From NCBI GenBank assembly GCA_045863335.1, contig BTVY01000010.1, positions 90,188 through 154,187 on the forward strand: DNA of 64,000 nucleotides, written 5' to 3'. The translations under genes and the position numbers were made by a program. Shown in pieces: positions 8,601 through 17,823 of this stretch. Origin of the DNA: Candidatus Hydrogenedentota bacterium. GTDB lineage: Bacteria > Hydrogenedentota > Hydrogenedentia > Hydrogenedentales > SLHB01. How positions within the stretch are numbered: position 1 is the stretch's first letter; each line of letters begins with the position of its first letter. The notes below the pieces were generated by a model. The model was given only the letters and a program-made list of their open reading frames with translations, made no database searches and was not told the origin of the DNA.

Positions 8601-9887
8601 CTAAATGGAAAGCGCGCGGTACTTTTTTCGCAGCGCTTGGGGGGAATCCGGCTGCACCTCGTCGATATTCTCGACGATCTTCGCGACGGCCTTGGCGATG
8701 TCGTCCATGTCTTTCTGGGTTCCCATGAGCACATGGTGATGCACGGCGACGCCGGTTGCGCGATGCGCGTCTTCGCAGATCGGCAAACTAAACCGCTTGG
8801 GATTGATCTTCTTCCAGTATTCCGGATTCAGCTTGTGACGGCGCTTGGTGTGGGGCTTGTACAGGCCGCATGCATTGAGCGGTTCGTAGGGCGGCTCGAA
8901 CCCGGCAAGCGTTTCCGCTGCGAGGGCCGCACAGAAATGGCCGTTGTTGAGATCCTTGCGGCCAATTTTTGACCAATCCAGTCTGAACGTGAAATTGAAA
9001 TAGCTGGCCTGTGTGATTTCCTTCCGGCGGCGCATGGGAACGATGCCCGGAATGCCGGCGAGTTGCTTGTTCAGGTAGATGGCGTTTTCGTCGCGCAGTT
9101 TGACCTGGCCATCGAGGCGGCCCAGACCGCCCAACAGGATTCCCGCCTGCCATTCCGTTAAGCGGTAGTTGCCGGACTGTACAGCATTGGTCATGTCGTC
9201 CTTGTAGCCGCGGCCGCAGTTGCGGAGCGAGTACAGGCGCTCGAAGAGTACGTGGTCCTGCGTCATGTTGAACCCGCCCTCGCCGCTGGAAAGCACCTTG
9301 CTTTCCTGAAAGCTGAAGGAGGAGATGTCGCCGAGGCTGCCGACACCCTTGTTTTTCCAGAACCCACCGTGCTGGTGAGCGCAGTCTTCGATGAGGTAGA
9401 GGCCTTTGTCTTTGCAAAGCTTCTGGATCTTCGTCATGTCGGGCATGCAGCCGTAGAGATGCACCACGATAACGGCCTTCGTCTTGCTCGTGATTGCCGC
9501 CTCGATGGCGGGGACGCTGATGCACCAGGTGTCCGGCTCGACGTCGGCAAGAATGGGGATGGCATTGACATCCAGGACCGCGGCGGCGGTTGCCTGCCAG
9601 GTCATGCCCGGCACGATCACTTCGTCGCCCGCGCCGATATCGAGTGCCTCGAGGGCCAATTGAATGCCGACGGTGCCGTTGGCGCAGCAGATGCCGTACT
9701 TGGACTTATGGTAGGCCGCGAACTCTTTGGCAAATTGCCATTCGTAGGGGCCGTCGTAGGACCAGCGGTTTGACTTGGTGATTGCGGCGAGGAGGTTTAC
9801 GTCGCCGGCATCGTGAACCGGCCATTGGGGCCACTTCGCCGTCTTTCTGCGGACAGGCTTGCCGCCGTTGATTGCGAGCTTCGCCAT
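8601..9887 (-). CDS. DegT/DnrJ/EryC1/StrS PLP aminotransferase, inosose-aminotransferase/AHBA-synthase-like
   Basis: GGAGGTGA RBS; MAKLAINGG.PVR..WPQWP, NGT, VHLYG, EDCAH, SFQESKVLSSGEGG, GNYRL. Confidence 0.9.
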   Translation of the reverse strand: MAKLAINGGKPVRRKTAKWPQWPVHDAGDVNLLAAITKSNRWSYDGPYEWQFAKEFAAYHKSKYGICCANGTVGIQLALEALDIGAGDEVIVPGMTWQATAAAVLDVNAIPILADVEPDTWCISVPAIEAAITSKTKAVIVVHLYGCMPDMTKIQKLCKDKGLYLIEDCAHQHGGFWKNKGVGSLGDISSFSFQESKVLSSGEGGFNMTQDHVLFERLYSLRNCGRGYKDDMTNAVQSGNYRLTEWQAGILLGGLGRLDGQVKLRDENAIYLNKQLAGIPGIVPMRRRKEITQASYFNFTFRLDWSKIGRKDLNNGHFCAALAAETLAGFEPPYEPLNACGLYKPHTKRRHKLNPEYWKKINPKRFSLPICEDAHRATGVAVHHHVLMGTQKDMDDIAKAVAKIVENIDEVQPDSPQALRKKYRALSI

Positions 9888-10067
9888 GGAGTTCACCTCC
9901 CTTTCACGTTGGTGGTCGATTCGCGGGGAAATGGGACAAAAACGGCGCAGTCTAGCATGCCGATCTAAAGTGTTGCAAATGGGACGTTTATTCGGATTGC
10001 CCCGTTGGTTGGCGTTGTGCCGAAAGATTCGATACAACTACTTTTTTAACAACGCCTTATGCGAGTT

Positions 10068-11057
10068 TTACGATTTCATTGGGACGACCGTGAACAGAGC
10101 TGTTATGTAGGCCACAAAAACGACGAGAAGAAAGGCGCCTTCGGCACGGCTGATCTTGCGGTGGCTCATCATGATCGGCATGCAGGCAATACTCAGACCA
10201 ATCATGACGGGCGTGTCGAGCCAGAGGACTTGCGGGCTGACTTGCTGGTTGCGAACAATGCTGGTGATGCCGAGGATGCCCAGCACATTGAAAATGTTGG
10301 ACCCGAGAATATTGCCGATCGAGATGTCGGACTGCTTGCGCAGCGCGGCCACCAGTGAAGTGACGAGTTCGGGCGCAGAGGTCCCGGCGCTGATGATGGT
10401 GAGTGCGATCACGAGTTCCGACACGCCCAAGCTACGGGCGATGTTCACGGAAGATTCCACGAGCAGGTTCGATCCACCCACGAGCATGAGCAAGCCAACG
10501 ACGATCAGCACGACGGCCACTGGCAGGCGCGATACTGGTCCGGAGTCTTCCGCACCCAACTGCTCGTCGAGTTCCTTGACGATCTCCGCGCCGGTTGCCG
10601 CGTTTTCCGAACGGGCGCTTCGGTAACCGCGCACGAGGAAGGCGACAAGCCCCGCCGCCATAAGCGCGCCTTCCCAGCGTGTAATCTCACCACCGGTCAG
10701 TACCGCGAGGAACGGTATGAACGCGGTTCCGATGACCAGCCAGACCTCGCTTCGCACGACGGACGTGTTCACGGGGATGGGGGCGATGAGCGCGGTCAGG
10801 CCCAGGATAAGCGCAATGTTGAAGATGTTGCTGCCGACCACGTTGCCGATGTTGATGTCGGCAAAGCCCTTCAGCGCCGCCGTAATCCCGGTGGCGAGTT
10901 CCGGGGTGCTGGTGCCAAAACCGACAATGGTGAGGCCGATAAAAAACGACGAAACACCCATGCGGCGCGCAAGGCCCGTGGCCCCGCGAACGAGTGCCTC
11001 GGCGCCAAGAGTCAGAATCGCCAGAGAACCAATCAACCCAAGAATGCTGAGGAACAT
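10068..11057 (-). CDS. Calcium/sodium antiporter (YrbG/CaCA family), copy 2
   Basis: Alpha repeats GTSTPE..GNVVGSNIFN and GTSAPE..GNILGSNIFN. Confidence 0.92.
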   Translation of the reverse strand: MFLSILGLIGSLAILTLGAEALVRGATGLARRMGVSSFFIGLTIVGFGTSTPELATGITAALKGFADINIGNVVGSNIFNIALILGLTALIAPIPVNTSVVRSEVWLVIGTAFIPFLAVLTGGEITRWEGALMAAGLVAFLVRGYRSARSENAATGAEIVKELDEQLGAEDSGPVSRLPVAVVLIVVGLLMLVGGSNLLVESSVNIARSLGVSELVIALTIISAGTSAPELVTSLVAALRKQSDISIGNILGSNIFNVLGILGITSIVRNQQVSPQVLWLDTPVMIGLSIACMPIMMSHRKISRAEGAFLLVVFVAYITALFTVVPMKS

Positions 11058-11090
11058 TGACTATCCTTCGTCCTGTGCTGGTTCGTACCG

Positions 11091-12092
11091 TTATGGAGAG
11101 GGGGCCTCGTTGCCCGCGGCGAAGACGAACAGCACCGTTACGTACGCTGCGTACACGCAAAGCAAAAATACACCTTCACTCCGGCTGATGCGGCGATGGC
11201 TCATCATGATGGGCAGGCACGCGCAACTGACGGCCACCATGACGGGCAGGTCAAAGACGAAGACCTGACGGTTGACTGTCTGCGGGCTGACCAGGCTCGT
11301 GACTCCCAGAATGCCGAGCACGTTGAAGATGTTGGAACCGAGTATGTTGCCGATCGAGATGTCAGATTGCTTGCGCAATGCGGCGACAAGGGATGTGAAG
11401 AGTTCCGGCGCAGAGGTTCCCGCGGCGACGATGGTGAGCGCGATGACCAAGTCGGACACGCCCAGCGAACGGGCGATGTTCACCGATGACTGAACCAGCA
11501 ACGTTGAACCGTAGACCAGCATTCCGAGTCCGATCAGAATCAAGACGACCTGGCCCGGTACGGAAGCACGCGAAAGCGGGGCCGGTACCTTCATCTCCGC
11601 GGCGATTTCAGCGGTCAATTCAGCGGACAGTCGTTCCGGTTCCTGCCTGCCCGCGCGGTAGCCGCGCGAAACATAGACTACCAGCCCCACCACGAGCAGG
11701 GCGGCGAAAGGCCGGATGATCTGGCCGCCGGTTGCCAACGTCAGGAAGGGGATAAGCGAGGCGCCAATCACGATCAGCACTTCGTTGCGAACGACCGCGG
11801 TGTTCACCGGGATGGGCGAAATGAGTGATGTCACGCCGAGAATGAGCGCGATGTTGAAAATGTTGCTGCCGACCACGTTGCCGAGATTGACGTCGGTGTG
11901 GCCCTGCAGGGCGGCAGTCAGGCCGGTGGCGAGTTCCGGGGTGCTGGTGCCGAAACCGACAATGGTGAGGCCGATAAAGAACGACGAAACACCCATGCGG
12001 CTGGCCAATCCCGACGCACCGCGCACGAGCGCTTCCGCTCCCAGCGTGAGGATCGCCAGGGAGCACACCAACCAAATCAGCGAGAGCCACAT
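11091..12092 (-). CDS. Calcium/sodium antiporter (YrbG/CaCA family), copy 1
   Basis: Same alpha repeats; start reassigned to MWLSL at 12092 (GAAAGG upstream) by comparison with the paralog. Confidence 0.92.
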   Translation of the reverse strand: MWLSLIWLVCSLAILTLGAEALVRGASGLASRMGVSSFFIGLTIVGFGTSTPELATGLTAALQGHTDVNLGNVVGSNIFNIALILGVTSLISPIPVNTAVVRNEVLIVIGASLIPFLTLATGGQIIRPFAALLVVGLVVYVSRGYRAGRQEPERLSAELTAEIAAEMKVPAPLSRASVPGQVVLILIGLGMLVYGSTLLVQSSVNIARSLGVSDLVIALTIVAAGTSAPELFTSLVAALRKQSDISIGNILGSNIFNVLGILGVTSLVSPQTVNRQVFVFDLPVMVAVSCACLPIMMSHRRISRSEGVFLLCVYAAYVTVLFVFAAGNEAPSP

Positions 12093-12309
12093 TGTCGTGC
12101 CTTTCCGCAGTTGCGGACCAATCCGCAACGGTCCCCGTAGCCAACGGCAGGGTCGCGGAAGTATATCAGGCACAGGAAACAATGCGCATGGTGACGCTGA
12201 TTCCCATAGGTTCCACTCGAAAACAAGCCCGGCGCAGGTGTACACTCTTATGCATATGCTTGGGAGTGAGTAGTAATCCCGGGCGTAAGCCTGCTGCAGG
12301 GAGCGCACC

Positions 12310-13116
12310 ATGACTGAACCGAAATCCGATCCCATCTGGGAATCCATCCGCGCAGAAGTCGCCGAGGAGGCCCGTAAAGAGCCCATGCTGGCGAACTTCC
12401 TGTATGGCGTCGTGTTGAATCACAAGAGCCTGGAGGACGCGTTGACGTTCTTGCTCGCGGCAAAGTTGGAGAGCACGACGATCACGGCCATATCCCTGCG
12501 TGACCTGTTGGACGAGGCATACCGAAGCGACCCGGCCATCGGCGTGGCGGTACGCAACGATATCAAGGCCATTGTGACCCGCGACCCGGCTTGCGGCGGG
12601 TATTCGGTGCCGCTGCTGTACTTCAAGGGTTTCCATGCGCTGCAATCCTACCGCGCGGCCCACTATTTCTGGACGCACGGCCGGCGCTCGTTGGCCCTGT
12701 TTCTCCAGAGCCGGATATCGCAAACCTTCGCGGTGGACATCCACCCCGCCGCGCGCATCGGGTCGGGGATTCTCATCGACCACGCGACCAGCGTGGTCAT
12801 CGGCGAGACGGCTGTGGTGGAGGATGACGTGTCCATGCTGCACGAGGTGACCCTTGGCGGTACGGGCAAACAACATGGCGACCGTCACCCAAAAATTCGC
12901 AAGGGGGTGCTCATCGGCGCGGGGGCAAAGATACTGGGCAACGTGGAAGTCGGCGCTGGCGCCAAAATCGGCGCGGGCAGTGTGGTACTGAAACCTGTGC
13001 CGCCTCATACCACCGCCGCTGGCGTGCCTGCGGAGATCGTGGGTACCACCCGCACGGATATTCCCGCCCTGGAAATGGATCACCGCATCAGCAACGGCGA
13101 GGGCGACGGCATCTAG
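12310..13116 (+). CDS. cysE: Serine O-acetyltransferase
   Basis: RDPA, KGFHALQ, DIHPAA.IG.GILIDHAT..VIGETA, TLGGTGK..GDRHPK. Confidence 0.96.
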   Translation: MTEPKSDPIWESIRAEVAEEARKEPMLANFLYGVVLNHKSLEDALTFLLAAKLESTTITAISLRDLLDEAYRSDPAIGVAVRNDIKAIVTRDPACGGYSVPLLYFKGFHALQSYRAAHYFWTHGRRSLALFLQSRISQTFAVDIHPAARIGSGILIDHATSVVIGETAVVEDDVSMLHEVTLGGTGKQHGDRHPKIRKGVLIGAGAKILGNVEVGAGAKIGAGSVVLKPVPPHTTAAGVPAEIVGTTRTDIPALEMDHRISNGEGDGI

Positions 13117-13156
13117 CGAAGCGGAGGCGCAACCTTCGTTGGATGAATGGCCTCCC

Positions 13157-13238
13157 CGAGGTGCCTCGGGCATCCTGCCCGTGATTCGAGGTGCCATGGC
13201 CTTCCAGGCCATGCTCCGTCATGGGCATCCTGCCCATA
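13157..13238. repeat. REP-like palindromic cluster (2 full units plus 1 partial)
   Basis: CGAGGTGCC-TCGGGCATCCTGCCCGTG, CGAGGTGCC-ATGGCCTTCCAGGCCATG, CATGGGCATCCTGCCCAT between convergent genes. Confidence 0.75.
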
Positions 13239-13248
13239 CACGCACTGT

Positions 13249-14709
13249 TCACTCAAACGCCGCCCGCCGCGTATCAATCGCGCTACCGAACGCAATTATC
13301 GTAAGCAACGCAACTGCCATGAGTGCCGAGAATCCGCATGCAAATGCGAGCGGCTTCGGACCGTTTTCCAATCCACTGCACCAACTGCTGCCCGCAGCCC
13401 ACAACCCAATCGCGATCGGCCCGGCGAGAATCCCGAGCACGATCGCAAGTGCGGGTCGCCGGTAATACGCCGACGCAAACCAGCTCAAGCCGAAGGCCAA
13501 CGCGCCGCCGTTGACCAGGGCCAAACCCATGACAACGAAGGGCGCTTCGTTCCACATGGTCCAGGTGAAGGCGGCGCCGAACCGGAGGTTCTGGTCTGCG
13601 GCGTTGTGGGCGACGATGAGTACGCATGCGTTCACGGTGCCGACGAGCGTTGCCGGCACGAGTGCCACGGCGACCTTGCTCCATTGTGCTTTCAGCCAGG
13701 GGATAGGCAGCGCCGCAAGGAACCGCCTCGCGCCGATGGCGTTTTCGTGGGCCATCTGCACGCCACTCCAGAACGCAAAGACCAGCACGCTCAGACCGAT
13801 GCTGGCCAAGGCTCCGCCGCGCAGATAGGCGGCGGGTTCGCCGTTGAGGACCGAGGCGGCTGCCGCGACCGGGTAGGGAATTGCGACGACGAACAAGCCC
13901 AGCGCGATGGCCAGGCGGACTATTCGATAGTCCTTCCAGAAGAGCGCGTGGAACTCGCTGCCGCCCGATACCGGCGCTTCGCTTCCATCTGGCGCGGAGT
14001 CATGCACCCGATTGGGTAGAAATACGGAAATCGCATCGTTCACCGCGAGGCCGAAGCGGACGTACAACAACGTGCCGCCGAGGATGCCGGCAGCTCCCAT
14101 CGCGGTCATGAGAAAGACGGCCGTCCAACTTAAAAAGATGGGACTCTCCGCTGAGAAGTACCACCGCGCGGCCGCTTGCGCGAGGTACACCGGGACGAGG
14201 GCCATCAATCCCGCGAAGGCGGCGCCTACGGCGGAGTTCAGGAAGAACGAAAGCAACCACGCGATGCCGAAGACGAAGAGTCCGGACGCGATGAATCCGG
14301 TCATGGCGACGGCCACCATGCCGAGGGCGTGCCATTCGAGGCCCATGCTGCGCATGGAAATAAGCAGGATCGCGAGACTGATCGCCCAGAACGCAGCGAC
14401 GAGGCCAAGCGAGACGATGAGTTTGCTGGCCGCCAAGCGACCTCGTTTCACGGGCAATCCGGCGAGAAAGATTGCCGAACTGTCTTCGGCCTCGCGCGCG
14501 AAGGCGTACCCGCCCATCAAGGCGCAGATCAGGATCGACGTGAACCGGGTCAATGACGCGCCGCCCGCGATCACCTTATCCCAACCGAACCCGTTCGGGT
14601 CCATGTATACCAGGAGAAAGGCCAGCGCGTACGAAGCGATTACAAGCGCCACGCCCGCGAGAAATACGTCGCCGAAGATACGGAGATCTTTCCAGAGAAG
14701 GCCCTTCAT
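13249..14709 (-). CDS. ABC-2 type permease with internally duplicated halves
   Basis: Two halves beginning LLWKDLR and LFWKDYR, each with FL..LP..; about 12 TM helices; overlaps the ATPase stop. Confidence 0.8.
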   Translation of the reverse strand: MKGLLWKDLRIFGDVFLAGVALVIASYALAFLLVYMDPNGFGWDKVIAGGASLTRFTSILICALMGGYAFAREAEDSSAIFLAGLPVKRGRLAASKLIVSLGLVAAFWAISLAILLISMRSMGLEWHALGMVAVAMTGFIASGLFVFGIAWLLSFFLNSAVGAAFAGLMALVPVYLAQAAARWYFSAESPIFLSWTAVFLMTAMGAAGILGGTLLYVRFGLAVNDAISVFLPNRVHDSAPDGSEAPVSGGSEFHALFWKDYRIVRLAIALGLFVVAIPYPVAAAASVLNGEPAAYLRGGALASIGLSVLVFAFWSGVQMAHENAIGARRFLAALPIPWLKAQWSKVAVALVPATLVGTVNACVLIVAHNAADQNLRFGAAFTWTMWNEAPFVVMGLALVNGGALAFGLSWFASAYYRRPALAIVLGILAGPIAIGLWAAGSSWCSGLENGPKPLAFACGFSALMAVALLTIIAFGSAIDTRRAAFE

Positions 14710-15632
14710 GCCGCGCGGCGCGCTCCCTTGATGAAGGCTTTGAAGATCGCTTCGAGATTGAGCGGACTAACCTCCACTCGTTCGACGTGCGGGTTGCTTC
14801 GAAGGGTCGCCAATTCGGTTTCGGACATATCGAACACCGTAAGCGAAACTACGCGGTCCTGGGTGTCAAACAGGATGGCGCTATCCGGCCGCGGAATCGA
14901 GTCGCTGCTGGGTTTCAACGTCACCGTAATATCTCTCGTCTTTTCCAGCAGGTCGTCACGACTCGCGCATACGAGTAAGCGCCCTTCGTTGATAATGCCG
15001 ATGGTGTCCGCCACTTTCTCGATATCGGACATGATGTGGCTGGAGAACAGGACCGTGCGCGGGCGGATCTGGATGAGCCGGTTGACGCCTTCGAGAAACT
15101 CTTCGCGGATCAAGGGGTCCAGGCCGGTCGTCGGCTCGTCCAGGATCAACATGTCGGGGTCGTGGCACAGGGCGAGGATCAAGGCGAGCTTCGTCGTCAT
15201 CCCGTGGGAGAGTTGCTTGACCTTCTTGCGCGGGTCGAGCCCATACTCGCGCAGCATGGTTTCGCACAGCGCGTCGTCCCAATGAGGGTAGAAGGATCGG
15301 GTGAACCAGAGCACTTCGGCGATGGTCATCCACGGATAGATGTGATGCCGCTCCGGCACATAGCCCACGCGCAAGCGGATTTCGTGGGCGTTGCTGCGCA
15401 CGTCGTGGCCGAGCACGCGCACCTCGCCGGACGTGGGCGGCGTGAGGCCCATGAGCACCTTGATGGTCGTACTCTTCCCTGCGCCGTTGGGCCCGAGCAG
15501 GCCAAAGGAACAGCCTTCGGGAATCGTGAGGTCCAGACCATGGACACCGTCGCCGTGGCCGTATTCCTTGTGCAACCCCCGGATCTCGATGGGCGCAACG
15601 CCAATCTCCGGACTCGCCGTCGCCGTGGTCAT
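14706..15632 (-). CDS. ABC transporter ATP-binding protein
   Basis: GPNGAGKST Walker A, LSHGM signature, ILDEPT, SSH; start set at MTTAT with GGAGG RBS. Confidence 0.93.
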   Translation of the reverse strand: MTTATASPEIGVAPIEIRGLHKEYGHGDGVHGLDLTIPEGCSFGLLGPNGAGKSTTIKVLMGLTPPTSGEVRVLGHDVRSNAHEIRLRVGYVPERHHIYPWMTIAEVLWFTRSFYPHWDDALCETMLREYGLDPRKKVKQLSHGMTTKLALILALCHDPDMLILDEPTTGLDPLIREEFLEGVNRLIQIRPRTVLFSSHIMSDIEKVADTIGIINEGRLLVCASRDDLLEKTRDITVTLKPSSDSIPRPDSAILFDTQDRVVSLTVFDMSETELATLRSNPHVERVEVSPLNLEAIFKAFIKGARRAA

Positions 15633-15769
15633 GGGAAATCGCCTCCCGCCTGAGTTAAGGAATCTCACTCTACGGCAAAGACTGGAAAAGGGCAAGGGCT
15701 CTAGGGGCTGCCAGGGTTTGCCCTCGCTGTGAGAATTCGGGCGGCTCCGCGGATCCAATTATTGATGCA

Positions 15770-16762
15770 TCAAGATGTCGGCCAATAGACTCGGACCAAA
15801 GGAATCAGTGCTCGCGTTTCGGTATCCAGATTCTCGTAGTGTTGGAGGAGCAAGGCTACGAGTGCATCGAGGTCTAACAACGTCAGCGGTACCGTCGCAC
15901 GTTCGGCCTCGTAGTGTGCTTCCCGCGTAAAGCCACCCGTACTGATATATAAACCGCGATCGTTCTGCCGCAGTGCCCCAATAAAGCTCCGCACCGCGGG
16001 CGCACCCATTGGTTCCTTGGATCTATGTTTGACTTCGACGCGTATCCGGGGTTGCTCTAACCCCAATCCATCCGGCGAAGCAATGATATCCTTCCCTCGA
16101 TCCGCACCAGGACCTGAGACAATGGTCCGATACCCCATCGCGCGAAGGATGCCTGCAATCAGATCTTGCATTTCATCCCACGCGAGTTTCTGAACTCGAT
16201 CCTTCGTGAATTCGTAGCCCTGAGCGAGCACATCCTCTCGGATTCGTTCGAATTCTTCTGTTTGTTCCTCGACAGGCGCTGAGGGTCTAGCACCTTTTAA
16301 CAGCCCATCCAGTTCGTGCCACACAGTCTGACCAATCTTGAAGATGGTTTGAATCGCACCTAACGTGTTGCGCGCGTCAGTTGATAAATCGTCGCGATTG
16401 ACTTTTCCTGCCCAAGCGACTTTTCTCGTGTGTGGGTGGTCAGAGACCAACTGTGGGTTGAATTCGTAGCCCCCATGAATCTCGCCAACCAAATACTCGC
16501 GTGTGTCCGTGTTGTACGAAACCACCGGGTCACCGGGCTTCATGTCCAGGAGAAATGCGCCGACCTGAGTAACCGAACTCACCCACTGTCCCGGCTTCCA
16601 GTCCGGATATTCTCTCTCTATTAAGGCACGAAGGGCCTTCTTCTCCGTTATGGTGGAGAGGTCCACCAACTGTGACCAACCTATCGCAATGACTCCGCGC
16701 TCGTAGAATTCGTCTATCACATATCCTGCACGGCCTGCCCTGACCATCCACGCTGTTGACAT
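15770..16762 (-). CDS. Mrr-family restriction endonuclease with N-terminal PUA/EVE-like domain
   Basis: N-terminal WMVRAG...IAIGW...MKPGD.VV...R.V.W; Mrr catalytic DRGKDIIA...VEVKH, YISTGGFT.EA. Confidence 0.88.
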   Translation of the reverse strand: MSTAWMVRAGRAGYVIDEFYERGVIAIGWSQLVDLSTITEKKALRALIEREYPDWKPGQWVSSVTQVGAFLLDMKPGDPVVSYNTDTREYLVGEIHGGYEFNPQLVSDHPHTRKVAWAGKVNRDDLSTDARNTLGAIQTIFKIGQTVWHELDGLLKGARPSAPVEEQTEEFERIREDVLAQGYEFTKDRVQKLAWDEMQDLIAGILRAMGYRTIVSGPGADRGKDIIASPDGLGLEQPRIRVEVKHRSKEPMGAPAVRSFIGALRQNDRGLYISTGGFTREAHYEAERATVPLTLLDLDALVALLLQHYENLDTETRALIPLVRVYWPTS

Positions 16763-16811
16763 AATAACCCCGCTGTCCAGACGGACTCTTGATTGCCGGA
16801 ATCAAATAGGA

Positions 16812-17396
16812 TCAACGATTCTTCATCCATAGGTCGTCAAAAAGTACGCGCGGTTTGCCAAACTCTGCGGCGGCAGCGCCAAGCAGATCCTGCAAGGCGA
16901 AGAACTTCTCCCGTCGGTCAATCTCGCGTATTTGCCTGAAGCATAGTGCCACACCACATTCACGAAGTTGCCGAATTACAATGCCATCTATCGGCACGTA
17001 TAACCAGGGCGAGATGCGGACAGCGTCTTTCTCAGAGAAGTATCGTGTCCGCAAAACCATGTCACGGCAGTAGAGACACAGAATCTTAGAAGCATGTCCC
17101 CACTTGTAGCCAGGCTCGATTTGTGGGCGGTTTGGATTGTGGCGTCTTATGACGCGAGCCACTTTCTCTAGTTCTCGCTCGAACCAGTTGCGAAACGCCG
17201 CTTCATTGGAAAGTGCTAAAACTCCATCGATCTTGACTCGCTCCAAACATGATATCAGGTGAGGCCGTGTCCCCTTACGGAATACCCGAATCACAGACGC
17301 ACCCAATACTTCACGTGCCGTCCTTTGGCGAACGGCCGTCTTTTCATCAAAGAGGATGGTCTTGTACGCGAGTCGCAATTTGACAGGAATATCCAT
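16812..17396 (-). CDS. Hypothetical protein with HhH-GPD DNA glycosylase-like motifs
   Basis: 194 aa; WGHASKIL..Y.RD, LYVPIDG.V, terminal FDDLW; TATAAT at 17425-17420 upstream. Confidence 0.6.
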   Translation of the reverse strand: MDIPVKLRLAYKTILFDEKTAVRQRTAREVLGASVIRVFRKGTRPHLISCLERVKIDGVLALSNEAAFRNWFERELEKVARVIRRHNPNRPQIEPGYKWGHASKILCLYCRDMVLRTRYFSEKDAVRISPWLYVPIDGIVIRQLRECGVALCFRQIREIDRREKFFALQDLLGAAAAEFGKPRVLFDDLWMKNR

Positions 17397-17450
17397 TGCG
17401 GTTCTCTCTCATTGAAACAATTATACTGTGTGGTACTGGAGATACCGAAC

Positions 17451-17663
17451 TCACAGATTAACCTCGACAACCTCCTCGAAAATGGAAGGAGGTATTGGCT
17501 CGCCGTGGGCGGCGAGGCTTTCGAGGTACCCACGAATGGCCTCGGTGGCGTTCTCCAGCGCTTCCGCATGGGTCTGCCCCTGAGAAATACAGCCGGGCAG
17601 CGTGGGGACCTCGGCCACGAATACGCCATCTTCGTCCTGCTGAATCAAGACCCGGTATCGCAA
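17451..17663 (-). CDS. hicB: HicB-family antitoxin (short form)
   Basis: QDEDG.FVAEVPTLPGCISQG.T.AEALEN..EAI..YLE; AGGAG RBS and TTG start. Confidence 0.88.
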   Translation of the reverse strand: MRYRVLIQQDEDGVFVAEVPTLPGCISQGQTHAEALENATEAIRGYLESLAAHGEPIPPSIFEEVVEVNL

Positions 17664-17774
17664 CGGGAAATCTCCTCTGATTCGACCGGCATTTCGCGAT
17701 CGGACTATCCAGCATTAACGATACCACAGTTCTGCCGGGGAAACCGCGTTCCGTGGGAGGGCCTTTCCCAACGA

Positions 17775-17814
17775 CGATCAGACGGATCGGTCCGATCGGC
17801 CGGATCGGTCCGAT
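17775..17814. repeat. 9 bp GATC-containing tandem repeat
   Basis: cgatcagac ggatcggtc cgatcggcc ggatcggtc cgat. Confidence 0.75.
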
Positions 17815-17823
17815 AGCAAGAGA

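Noticed and set aside
13157-13238. Possible mini-CRISPR from ~30 bp periodic repeats
   Set aside because: Units abut with no unique spacers and there are no cas genes; REP-like instead
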